A stretch of DNA of 64,000 nt, from the IMG/VR virus record IMGVR_UViG_3300020360_000085, positions 1 to 64,000 of that record. One strand, given 5' to 3'. Source of the DNA: a virus (Duplodnaviria; Caudoviricetes). The notes beneath the pieces were generated by a model. It searched no databases, was not told the origin of the DNA, and was given only the letters and a program-made list of their open reading frames with translations. Positions 48,036 to 56,952 of this stretch are shown piece by piece. Position 1 is the first letter of the stretch; every line of letters begins with the position of its first letter. The position numbers and the translations under genes were made by a program.

Positions 48036-48416
48036 TTAATTTTTCATTTTTAAATTTAGAATGTCTTCCCATTCTGCATATTCTACTTTGTTAAAACTAT
48101 TTACAGGAAATTGTGGAGGTTCAATATGCATCCATCTCCTTCTTTTGTAAATTGTTTTTAACCAAACTTTTTTGCCACTTATTGTAATTTTAGGCCTAAA
48201 TGCAAAAGTTTTTTTCCATTTAGAATATCTTAAATTTTTATCGCTGTTTATATAATCAGCAGAAACTGTTCCTTCAGGTCCAAAATAATTTGTTCCCATC
48301 ATGTGTGGATACCTTGTATATGCAGGATGGTTAAAATTTGTATTTTGTGTTTTTCCTTTTGTAATGTTTTTTAATGATGTCTTGTTGTTTCCATCTTCTG
48401 TAATTATTTTCGCCAT
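48036..48416 (-). CDS. Hypothetical protein
   Basis: Strong GGAGGAG RBS; overlaps the end of the GIY-YIG gene by 86 nt. Confidence 0.55.
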   Translation of the reverse strand: MAKIITEDGNNKTSLKNITKGKTQNTNFNHPAYTRYPHMMGTNYFGPEGTVSADYINSDKNLRYSKWKKTFAFRPKITISGKKVWLKTIYKRRRWMHIEPPQFPVNSFNKVEYAEWEDILNLKMKN

Positions 48417-48687
48417 TCTCTCCTCCCCAACTTTTATTTAACTTTAGATTGTGTGGAGTTCTCTTTATAAGTTTCTTTTCCCATTCTAATGCTTCTTCCA
48501 TTGTAGGGAATGTTTGTACAATCCTGCAGTCACAGTCATATTCTGCATTTCTCATTTTTTTGTAAAGTAGGCTTTTACCTTTTTGACTTGACTTTAAATG
48601 TTCTTTTAGCCTAAGGTTAAAAGGCTTTGCAGTATATCCATAATACACAAAGCCATCTTTAAATTTTATTTCATATACTTTAAACAT
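48331..48687 (-). CDS. GIY-YIG family endonuclease (free-standing)
   Basis: VYEI...VYYGYT....RLKEH...EALEWE..LI. Confidence 0.75.
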   Translation of the reverse strand: MFKVYEIKFKDGFVYYGYTAKPFNLRLKEHLKSSQKGKSLLYKKMRNAEYDCDCRIVQTFPTMEEALEWEKKLIKRTPHNLKLNKSWGGENGENNYRRWKQQDIIKKHYKRKNTKYKF

Positions 48688-48854
48688 TAATCCATCACTT
48701 CTTCTAGTATGCCTAATATTTCAGCAACTAAAAGAGAGATAGCCAATATTGTTATACTTTGAAATAAAACTGCTACAATACAACCTGCAATTCTAATACC
48801 ACTTTTTACTAAACTGATATAGTAATGCATTTTTCCAGGATCTTTTGCTATCAT
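48687..48854 (-). CDS. 55-aa membrane protein; not in the ORF track
   Basis: MIAKDPGKMHYYISLVKSGIRIAGC...LAEILGILEEVMD; ATGA and TAATG coupling. Confidence 0.7.
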   Translation of the reverse strand: MIAKDPGKMHYYISLVKSGIRIAGCIVAVLFQSITILAISLLVAEILGILEEVMD

Positions 48855-49147
48855 TTATCTCCTTCTTTTACAAAGATACCGTCAACCATACGACCCTTTC
48901 TGTCTTTAATATCCATATATGCTACTGCTAAACATTCTTCCATAGTGATATTATTACGTTTCATAATGTTAATCATTACAACTAACATGTCTCCTAAATC
49001 GTCTCTTATGTCATTTCCTTTACAGACATTATCAGATAACTCTCCCATTTCCTGGATAAGTTTTAAAACCTGATCTTTATCTGAGGCTCCATCTATAAGA
49101 TTCCTGTCAACGTGCCATTGCTCAACTTTTTTTACAAGTTCTTCCAT
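48851..49147 (-). CDS. MazG-like nucleotide pyrophosphohydrolase
   Basis: QVLKLIQEMGEL...IRDDLGDMLVV...IKDRKG. Confidence 0.88.
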   Translation of the reverse strand: MEELVKKVEQWHVDRNLIDGASDKDQVLKLIQEMGELSDNVCKGNDIRDDLGDMLVVMINIMKRNNITMEECLAVAYMDIKDRKGRMVDGIFVKEGDK

Positions 49148-49947
49148 TACAATTTTCCTTCTTTTTTCATTTGTTTACGAATTTTAGTTGCACTAATTTC
49201 TGTTATATCCTTATCAAAGGACTCTTCTTCAATCTTGTAACCAACATCTCTTCCATAAGTTATGTTCATTATGTTGGGTACAGGATAACATCTGAACTTG
49301 CCGGCAAATTCTGCCAATGCAATTTCAATATTTTCACAAATTTTTTCCACTTGCCATGGATTTTCATCTGTAAGTGGCATATCTCTAACCAGTATTGCCA
49401 CTTGTCCGTGTTTATCTAATGCTCTTTTAAATAATTCTTTATGCCCATCATGAAAAGGCTGAAATCTACCAAGCATTTGTGTTGTAGGTTGCTTTGGTTC
49501 GAACTCATGATCTTTAATATCTACTGCTAACAATTTTGCCCATTCATCACATTTTTCTTCTGTCCACCATTCCTCGGCACTAATTCTCGCATTTATAAAT
49601 GTTGTACCATTAGGACTTTCAAATAATTTATTAGTGTCTTCAAATCTGCCTTCTTCTATAGTATCCATCCAGATAACATATTCTGGAACATGTTTTTCCC
49701 TAAGTTCATTTGTTGGGCAAACAAAATCTGCTATGCCGTAACGTTTTTTAGCAACACTTTTGCGTACATAATCTCTCATTCGCAACGATTGTCTTTCCCT
49801 ACCTTCAGGAGAGAAGTCCCAATCGTTAAATGTTTCTCTTATTTTGTCTGCGTTATGCCAGTCTGCATTTCCTAAAACTTCTACAAGTTTTTCTGAAAGT
49901 GTTGACTTGCCTGAACCAGGCAAGCCAAAAATTAATATTCTTTTCAC
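49147..49947 (-). CDS. Fusion of a P-loop kinase (APS-kinase-like) and an HxGH nucleotidyltransferase
   Basis: GLPGSGKST, NAD..R; LGRFQPFHDGH; ISATKIR. Confidence 0.8.
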   Translation of the reverse strand: MKRILIFGLPGSGKSTLSEKLVEVLGNADWHNADKIRETFNDWDFSPEGRERQSLRMRDYVRKSVAKKRYGIADFVCPTNELREKHVPEYVIWMDTIEEGRFEDTNKLFESPNGTTFINARISAEEWWTEEKCDEWAKLLAVDIKDHEFEPKQPTTQMLGRFQPFHDGHKELFKRALDKHGQVAILVRDMPLTDENPWQVEKICENIEIALAEFAGKFRCYPVPNIMNITYGRDVGYKIEEESFDKDITEISATKIRKQMKKEGKL

Positions 49948-50702
49948 CTATTCTCTCTTTCCCATTCTACGTTGTCTTCATATTCTAACCAATACTCTTC
50001 CATATTTTCTTGTGAAAGTTCCTTACTATCATGCCACTTCATATTTAACCAGCCTACTTCTGCATGATAACCTTTTCCGGTTGTATCGTTATAATCGTAA
50101 TTTGCTTCTAATTCTTGCTTATCATAATAAACATTTTCTACTAATTCACATAAATTAGTTTCAACTATACTGTAACCTAATTTAAATTCATCAAAATCTT
50201 CATCTGTATCTACAAACCAACTTGTAAAAGATCCTTTTTCAGAACTATGAAAACATAGAACAGGTACATATTTGTTACCTTTATCGTCTTCTTCATTTAC
50301 AATTTCAGGCTCTTCATTTCCAAAGTATCCACCTTCTCTACCATAAACACAAATTCCCTCACCTTCATAAACTTCTTTATCATAATTCCAATCATCAGAT
50401 TTATCTGCAGGTACCTCATATACTGTAAATCCACTATCTGAATAAGGTGCGTTTAAATGCTCTATATCATCATTTTCCCACATGTTAAAATCTGTATTTG
50501 GTATTGGAGGTATATTTGGATCTAATAATGCATCTTCAGGTTCGTCATCATTACCCCAACCCATTTGATCTGCTTCTAAAACTGCTTCTACTACATGATC
50601 TTGGCTTTCTGCATAATGACTAGCAAATGCAGGACTTACTTCTCCTAAAACAAGTTCTCCTCCATAATTTCCACCATCTATTCTAAATCTTCTTTTTGCC
50701 AT
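49944..50702 (-). CDS. Acidic hypothetical protein
   Basis: 252-aa ORF with GGAGG RBS. Confidence 0.7.
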   Translation of the reverse strand: MAKRRFRIDGGNYGGELVLGEVSPAFASHYAESQDHVVEAVLEADQMGWGNDDEPEDALLDPNIPPIPNTDFNMWENDDIEHLNAPYSDSGFTVYEVPADKSDDWNYDKEVYEGEGICVYGREGGYFGNEEPEIVNEEDDKGNKYVPVLCFHSSEKGSFTSWFVDTDEDFDEFKLGYSIVETNLCELVENVYYDKQELEANYDYNDTTGKGYHAEVGWLNMKWHDSKELSQENMEEYWLEYEDNVEWERENR

Positions 50703-50711
50703 ATTAACCTC

Positions 50712-51209
50712 CTATAACAAATCTGATATATCTACATTTTTAATTTTTTTGTAATCTTTTACAAAAAGGGCACACTTAGGCTCTGGTTTATCTTCTAAAG
50801 GCACAACCAACATGTGTCCATTTTTAAGTTTTGGGAAGTACCATTTAACATCCTGATAAACATTAGTAATCTGTATCTCCTCTGCCCTCGGCATCCAACT
50901 ATGCATTGGATTTAGTATGGGACTTAAAAATCCTCTATTGTTTAAACTTGCTAACGGAATAATTTCCAGGTCTGCAAAGTCCTCATCACAAGTTAAAATA
51001 CTCCAATCCATAGGCATCTGTAAACTATACTCGCCTATTTGCAAACAAATTGCAGGAGCATGAAAACTCTCTAAAAAGATTAATGGTAAAAAATAATAAT
51101 CTTGAAACTCCTCGTCGCCACCATCAAATACACAATATCTTACATCTTCTATTTCATCAGGTACACAATCTATATCATATGTGCTGTTCTCTATTGTTAA
51201 TATTTTCAT
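50712..51209 (-). CDS. Hypothetical protein
   Basis: 165-aa ORF directly after uvsW. Confidence 0.7.
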   Translation of the reverse strand: MKILTIENSTYDIDCVPDEIEDVRYCVFDGGDEEFQDYYFLPLIFLESFHAPAICLQIGEYSLQMPMDWSILTCDEDFADLEIIPLASLNNRGFLSPILNPMHSWMPRAEEIQITNVYQDVKWYFPKLKNGHMLVVPLEDKPEPKCALFVKDYKKIKNVDISDLL

Positions 51210-51217
51210 AATTTTCC

Positions 51218-52675
51218 TTACTTATATTCTACTTTAGTCACAGTATGCCTAAAGTTCTGCTCTCTGTAAAATGCCTTTCTTTTAGTAAGATGCCTTTTAC
51301 TGTATTTTAAATTACTAGTCAAGTCTACTACTTGAACATAGTCCTTGTCTTGTGCTTTTCTAATACCTCTTCCAATACTTTGTATAACTCTCACAAAACT
51401 TTTTCCTGGTTCCAACATTATTAAATTAAATATTCTTGGTATGTTGATACCAACTGCCGCCACTCCATAAGTAGCCACAATTACTTTATTATTCATTTCA
51501 GAAACATCATCATAATTTTCTTGCCTATCCTGTTGTTTCATAGAACCTGAAACGAATACCCAGTCTGGATTTTTTTCTTCCAGCATTTGACCTGTTTTTA
51601 TTCTGTCAATTAAAACAAGTGTGTTTCCATTTGCACTAAATCCATTTATTATCTGACTAATTTGATCTATTCTTTTAGGATCTGTTACAAGCCATTTAAG
51701 TTCTTGTGCATAACTGCCAAACTGTATTAAACCATCTTGTAATTGTAGTACACTAATATCTAAGTCTGCTAATACACCCATGTCCTGTAATTCTTTACTG
51801 CTTAAATTACCTACAACAGGACCTAAACTACATAAACAACCAACTGCTTCATGTTCATCTTTTGGAATAGTTCCTGTTAATCCCCATCTAATAGGAACGT
51901 TTTTAAAAGGACCACTTAATAAGTTTTTGAGTACTTCTGCTTTTGCTTTATGTACTTCATCTACCATTACACAAACAACTCCATCTAAAAATTCATCTAT
52001 AGGAAAATCTGCTTCATAGTTTTTACTTTTCTTTTCTAATACACTTAAACTTTGCCACGTACAAATTGTATGTGTTTTATCATACTCTTTCCTGTCGCCA
52101 TATAATACACCAACATCAAGTCCTAAATTTATGTAATCTTTTTCTGTCTGTACAACCAAGTCTTTGTTAGGAACAATAACAATAGTTCTACCATATCCTT
52201 GACACTTGTGACTTAATACAGCAGTCACAAGAGTTTTACCAGCACCTGTGGCCACTTCCTGTAAACATTGAGGATTATCTAAAAACTTATTTACAATATC
52301 AACCTGATAGTCCCTTAAAATAATAGGCTCTCCTTCTGCAGGATGTTTTTTTGGCCATACAACATGTTGATAACTATCTTTTGTTACATTTGTAAAACTA
52401 AAGTTCCAATTCTTTCTGGCATCTTTTACTTCTATTTCATACCCATCTTCTGTAACGATTGGTAACAATTTATCTAATAAATGGAAATATGTTCTACCAC
52501 CTATATCACAATATCTAATACAACCGTCCCATCTACCTAATTTATAGGAAGGCATATGATAAGCATAGGGCAAAAAGTATTTTACTTCATCAGATATTTT
52601 ACGCCTTGTTTTTACATCAAGGCCTTGAAATCTTACATTGACTTCATCTCTGATTTCTAAAACACATTTACCCAT
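51218..52675 (-). CDS. uvsW: UvsW-like superfamily 2 DNA helicase
   Basis: LRDYQ, ATGAGKT, VDEVHK, GLTGT, VGINIP, QSIGRGIR. Confidence 0.92.
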   Translation of the reverse strand: MGKCVLEIRDEVNVRFQGLDVKTRRKISDEVKYFLPYAYHMPSYKLGRWDGCIRYCDIGGRTYFHLLDKLLPIVTEDGYEIEVKDARKNWNFSFTNVTKDSYQHVVWPKKHPAEGEPIILRDYQVDIVNKFLDNPQCLQEVATGAGKTLVTAVLSHKCQGYGRTIVIVPNKDLVVQTEKDYINLGLDVGVLYGDRKEYDKTHTICTWQSLSVLEKKSKNYEADFPIDEFLDGVVCVMVDEVHKAKAEVLKNLLSGPFKNVPIRWGLTGTIPKDEHEAVGCLCSLGPVVGNLSSKELQDMGVLADLDISVLQLQDGLIQFGSYAQELKWLVTDPKRIDQISQIINGFSANGNTLVLIDRIKTGQMLEEKNPDWVFVSGSMKQQDRQENYDDVSEMNNKVIVATYGVAAVGINIPRIFNLIMLEPGKSFVRVIQSIGRGIRKAQDKDYVQVVDLTSNLKYSKRHLTKRKAFYREQNFRHTVTKVEYK

Positions 52676-52681
52676 TTTATT

Positions 52682-54712
52682 TTACCACTTATAGTCCAAT
52701 GTTAAATGATATTGCCTTCCAAATGAATCATATCCAGGAACTACCTCAACTATTTCATTTGTTAAGTTTTCACCTTTAAATGATAATATAACACCATTAG
52801 ACCATTCTTTAGTAATGTAAAAATCTAACTTATGTAAATCTTCTAAATACTCCTCTCCTTCTGCTAAAAAATCATAAGGTCCAGGTTCTCTTTCTAAATT
52901 TACTGCATACTTTAATCTAAAGTCTATATCAAACAAGTTTTGAGCCCATTGTACAACACCAGCATACTTAGGTATTCTGGACTGTTCTGTATCTGTGTAC
53001 TTAAACATCACAAAGAATGGACCAAAGTTATTTGCATATCTAATACCTTGTGTTTGATAAGCACCAGTATTTTCGTATGTTGCGTTATTCCAAATATAGT
53101 CTACTGTGGTTACAGATTCGTAAATACAACCAGGCACACCAAATGTTGCTTCATCATTTTCAGTCCAATTGGCATTTAAAACACAACCTGCTCCAGGACC
53201 ATTAAGTGTTGGATCATCTGGATCTACATAAAGTGATGCCTCTGCGTCTAATACTATTCTCATGGTTTCTACAGTTGTTGAAAAACCAGGCACATATTCT
53301 ATTGCTTCTTTAAAGTCATATAAAAATACACTTACTGCACCATAACCTAATTCTGCTCCTACACCTTCTTCAGGCTTAAGATCGAGATTGCCATCAACAT
53401 AACCGTCTCCATTTAGTTCATACAGGTTAGGCTTTCTAAAACTATTTCCTACATTAAAGAAAAAATCTCCTTTTGTGATACCTAATCTTAAAGCATTTTG
53501 ATTATCATTTCCAACTCTTACACCAAAATTGTAATTTAGTATAAAATTAGCATTTGCTGAAAAATATAAACCAGCATTTTCGTCTGAATACTTTTCAGAT
53601 ATTTCAGTTAGTGTATAAACACCATCTCCAATATATGATATATCAAATTCTCCTGTACCAATGTATTCTCCAGTCCATAAAGGCCTGCTTTTGTTTGTGT
53701 CATCATCAGCATAATATATACCAGGCTCTGTTATTTCTGTTTGAACTTCTATACTGCCTTCTACATTTTGCCAACTAGAAGTATTGTAATATATTTTTTC
53801 TGCATCTAAACCAAATGCTACATTAAGATTTTTACTTAACTCCATTTGATTGCCTACTCTTAAATAATCTCTAAAACTTTCGTTAGCATAAGTTTGATCA
53901 TAATGATAAAAAGTACCATCATTTGTTAAATCGCCAGTAAAGTAATCTGCATTATTATAGTTTCTTCCTAGTGTAAAGTATTCATTTCTGATTGCAAGAT
54001 TATATCTTTCTCCTTCCTGAACACAATCATTACTTTGACCCCAATCATAATTATAACAATTATCATAATCATATTCATAATCAGTGTATTTGCCTACAAT
54101 AGTAAAGTCACCTGCATTAACATTAAACCTTGCAGTTTTGTTCACATAGTGATCTTTTTCTTCGTTGTCATTTCTAGCACTACCATTACTACCATCAAAT
54201 AAACTAAATTCTAATTGTTCTAAAGGAGCAACTCTAATATAATTATTATCTCCTCTTCTATATGTAATACCATGCTCTATTGAGTCTTGTATTAAAACTG
54301 TTCCTGCCATACTGCCAGAACCATAAATTACACTATTAGCACCTGTAATTACTTTTACTTCTTGACCATGTGCAATATCATGTCCAAAATCATACCAACC
54401 TGCACCAGGATCATTTGCTGGTATTCCGTTTACAAAAACGGCAGTATGATTTGTTTGAGCCCCTCTCTCGTTAAAACCTACAAAACCACCATAACCACCA
54501 GGATTATATGTAAATGCAGGAAGTATTGCTTGTATTAAAGAAGTGTCTTCTATAGGATCTGCTTTGAGTTCTGTTTCTTGTTGTGCAACTACAACAATTT
54601 CTTCTATTTCATCTGCTTTAGTATCTAATGCAAAACACATAGCAAACATAATCACTACTGTAATGTATAAAGGACTAAAATTTATATGAAAATTTTTTTC
54701 GAATCTATCCAT
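52682..54712 (-). CDS. TonB-dependent outer-membrane receptor
   Basis: Signal peptide, TonB box EEIVVVA, plug ERGAQTNHTAVFVNG...GANSVIYGSGSMAG, NSFRKPNLYEL, GENLTN, terminal YHLTLDYKW. Confidence 0.9.
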   Translation of the reverse strand: MDRFEKNFHINFSPLYITVVIMFAMCFALDTKADEIEEIVVVAQQETELKADPIEDTSLIQAILPAFTYNPGGYGGFVGFNERGAQTNHTAVFVNGIPANDPGAGWYDFGHDIAHGQEVKVITGANSVIYGSGSMAGTVLIQDSIEHGITYRRGDNNYIRVAPLEQLEFSLFDGSNGSARNDNEEKDHYVNKTARFNVNAGDFTIVGKYTDYEYDYDNCYNYDWGQSNDCVQEGERYNLAIRNEYFTLGRNYNNADYFTGDLTNDGTFYHYDQTYANESFRDYLRVGNQMELSKNLNVAFGLDAEKIYYNTSSWQNVEGSIEVQTEITEPGIYYADDDTNKSRPLWTGEYIGTGEFDISYIGDGVYTLTEISEKYSDENAGLYFSANANFILNYNFGVRVGNDNQNALRLGITKGDFFFNVGNSFRKPNLYELNGDGYVDGNLDLKPEEGVGAELGYGAVSVFLYDFKEAIEYVPGFSTTVETMRIVLDAEASLYVDPDDPTLNGPGAGCVLNANWTENDEATFGVPGCIYESVTTVDYIWNNATYENTGAYQTQGIRYANNFGPFFVMFKYTDTEQSRIPKYAGVVQWAQNLFDIDFRLKYAVNLEREPGPYDFLAEGEEYLEDLHKLDFYITKEWSNGVILSFKGENLTNEIVEVVPGYDSFGRQYHLTLDYKW

Positions 54713-54743
54713 TTTTTCTCCAAAATAATTGATATTAAAATTT

Positions 54744-54771
54744 ATTATACATTGATACTGGAGAATGTCAA
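54744..54771 (-). promoter_or_regulatory. Consensus sigma70 promoter for the TonB-dependent receptor
   Basis: TTGACA-N16-TATAAT, then GGAG RBS and ATG at 54712. Confidence 0.8.
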
Positions 54772-54786
54772 GTAAATTATTAACTT

Positions 54787-54822
54787 AAAAAGCGAGTCCC
54801 CTGGATATATTCCTGGGGACTC
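54787..54822 (-). terminator. Intrinsic terminator, last of three tandem hairpins after the AAA gene
   Basis: GAGTCCCC/GGGGACTC stem followed by GCTTTTT. Confidence 0.8.
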
Positions 54823-54887
54823 TTAGTGTTCGATGTGGGAGGTTTTCGAACACTAGGGGGAACCTGTAAAATTAATTACAGATCTGA

Positions 54888-55925
54888 TTAGGATTCATAA
54901 ATATTAATCCTTCTCATACATGTTGACTCGGATATTTCTTTCCAATTATCGAAATCCATTTTAGCCAAGTCAGCAATTTTAAGTACCATTCTCAAACTTA
55001 TCTCCCTGAGTCTAGCACTATGTTTTATCATAAAGTCTATAATTTCTTTTTCGAAGTCTTTTGAGAAGCCATATTCTTTAAGCATACCATCTCTTACAAT
55101 TTGGTTAATCCTTAAAAATTTATCCTCAATAGAATCCATACCAAGATCAATGTAGTGGCATCTTGACATTAATGCCTCTAAATGGTCTCTGATTTTTTTA
55201 CTTCTAACATTCTCAAAATTAACATTAGTAATAAAAATACAGCCACCTTTAAAATCAAATCTGTCAGGTACACCTTCTCTTCTTAATACATTAGATTCTG
55301 CTTTCCAGGAAATTGTTCTTTTCTTACCTGAATCCAAAACTGCCTTTAACATATTAAGACATACTTCATCAAAAAGGATACTGTCACAGTCATCAAAAAC
55401 TAAAATGTCTCCTTCATTAGAATTATTAAAAAGTGTCTGATATAAACCTATAGGCGTCATAGAACCTTTTACAATTTCAGTTCTAGTTTTGCCTCCTAAT
55501 TTTGCCATTGCTTCATACTCATCAAGTATTTGTTCAACACCAAAACTTTTTCCAACTCCTGGAGGGCCTGATACTATAAGTCCTCTAACAACATTGTTAG
55601 CAACAGCATCAGTCATTTTATCCAATATTTGGAAACGGCCTTTAATCCTGTTCATTGCCTGTTCAGGAGTTTCTTTCTTTTTAGCCTTAGGTTTTTCTAC
55701 ACCCATTAGTTTTTTGTAGTCTTCTTTATTAGAAGGCTCAATATCTAACGGCCCATTTACAAGAACTCTAATTTTCTTGTATTCAGGATTCATGACAGCA
55801 CTTGCATCTACAGTTACAAATGCACCACGTTTTCCATAACTAATTGGTTTAATTAAAGGAAAGATCATATCCTTTAATGGCGAACTACGATAAGTTCCAG
55901 ATTTAATTTTTACATAGTTTTGCAT
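54888..55925 (-). CDS. P-loop ATPase (AAA-like) of T4-like phages
   Basis: SGPPGVGKS, LVFDDCD, ITN, ALMSRC; start moved to 55925 behind GGAGG. Confidence 0.8.
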   Translation of the reverse strand: MQNYVKIKSGTYRSSPLKDMIFPLIKPISYGKRGAFVTVDASAVMNPEYKKIRVLVNGPLDIEPSNKEDYKKLMGVEKPKAKKKETPEQAMNRIKGRFQILDKMTDAVANNVVRGLIVSGPPGVGKSFGVEQILDEYEAMAKLGGKTRTEIVKGSMTPIGLYQTLFNNSNEGDILVFDDCDSILFDEVCLNMLKAVLDSGKKRTISWKAESNVLRREGVPDRFDFKGGCIFITNVNFENVRSKKIRDHLEALMSRCHYIDLGMDSIEDKFLRINQIVRDGMLKEYGFSKDFEKEIIDFMIKHSARLREISLRMVLKIADLAKMDFDNWKEISESTCMRRINIYES

Positions 55926-55962
55926 ATTGCCTCCCACGGTTATTAATTTAAACTATGTGTAT

Positions 55963-55990
55963 ATAATAGCAAATTTTTGCTAATTGTCAA
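55963..55990 (-). promoter_or_regulatory. sigma70-type promoter
   Basis: TTGACA-N16-TATTAT with extended TGn. Confidence 0.6.
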
Positions 55991-55998
55991 GCGGTTTT

Positions 55999-56136
55999 TT
56001 ACTTTTTTTGCAACTTTTTTTGCTTATTATAGTAACTTTTTATGTTTCTGTCCACTTTCCACAGTATAAATTTAACTTCCATGGCCATTTTCCATGCTTT
56101 AAATTTTCTCCACAGATCTTTAAGTTTGTCTTGCAT
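55999..56136 (-). CDS. 45-aa basic peptide; not in the ORF track
   Basis: MQDKLKDLWRKFKAWKMAMEVKFILWKVDRNIKSYYNKQKKLQKK; TGATG coupling. Confidence 0.55.
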   Translation of the reverse strand: MQDKLKDLWRKFKAWKMAMEVKFILWKVDRNIKSYYNKQKKLQKK

Positions 56137-56489
56137 CAATCAATATTAGGTGCAGTATCATCCACTGTTGTCCCATCATATCCTCTGAATCTATAATATA
56201 CTGTGAGCTCTTGTCCACTTTGTATTGGTTTTATTGTGTGTAATGTTCTGTCACCTCTATCTGTACTAATGTAACAATTAGGATCATCGCTATGATTTAT
56301 AAATCCTCCTAATGGAGTTCTTACCCATTCATGCCTGTCCATGTTATGAACTAATACATGAGTTTCGCCTAATACAGTACCAGCATCAAGATATTCATTA
56401 GTGTGTAATCCTAGTCCATCTATGTTACTAGGTTTTATAGTAAGTTGCTCTGGTAAGGGTCTATAGGTTTTTTCATTAAATGTTTTCAT
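56136..56489 (-). CDS. SET-domain protein (putative lysine methyltransferase)
   Basis: SNIDGLGL, GFINHSDDPNC, I.SGQELTVYY. Confidence 0.85.
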   Translation of the reverse strand: MKTFNEKTYRPLPEQLTIKPSNIDGLGLHTNEYLDAGTVLGETHVLVHNMDRHEWVRTPLGGFINHSDDPNCYISTDRGDRTLHTIKPIQSGQELTVYYRFRGYDGTTVDDTAPNID

Positions 56490-56490
56490 T

Positions 56491-56952
56491 TTAATCAATA
56501 ACTATATCTTCCATACCAGCAGTTCTAAGTCTTGTTATGTGTCCTATTTGCCATTGTTTAGCATCTAGTCCCTTCATAATACCCAAGTATTTGTTTCTTA
56601 ATAAACTAAACTGATTTACTAAATGAGTTAAATCTATAACACTCTGTTCGCCATCTACAAATTTGTCTGCGTCTCTACTACTTAAAGTTCTATTGTAATT
56701 TTCTAAATACTTACGAAATGTTTTTGCTCTTTCTTTCCGTAATTCTATATTTAAATGTTCAAGTATTGCTTCAATCTCTTGTAACTGATTGAAGCGATAC
56801 TCTGTAAGACCGGGGAGGGAGGCGGAGGCTTTCTCCAGACTCCCTTTGATCCTGACTTCCCATCTTGCATCATCAAGTTCTTTTTCGTAATACGCAATAG
56901 CATCAACGATATTACCTAAGTCCTCGACAATTTTATTATAATAGGTTGCCAT
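56491..56952 (-). CDS. uvsY: UvsY-like recombination mediator
   Basis: Helical protein, Y...LSSRDADKFVDGE, KGLDAKQWQI..I.RLR.AGMED; follows uvsX. Confidence 0.75.
   Translation of the reverse strand: MATYYNKIVEDLGNIVDAIAYYEKELDDARWEVRIKGSLEKASASLPGLTEYRFNQLQEIEAILEHLNIELRKERAKTFRKYLENYNRTLSSRDADKFVDGEQSVIDLTHLVNQFSLLRNKYLGIMKGLDAKQWQIGHITRLRTAGMEDIVID

Noticed and set aside
54787-54881. Cobalamin riboswitch upstream of a BtuB-like receptor
   Set aside because: No recognisable B12-box consensus, and the receptor's promoter lies downstream of the hairpins, so they are not in its 5' UTR
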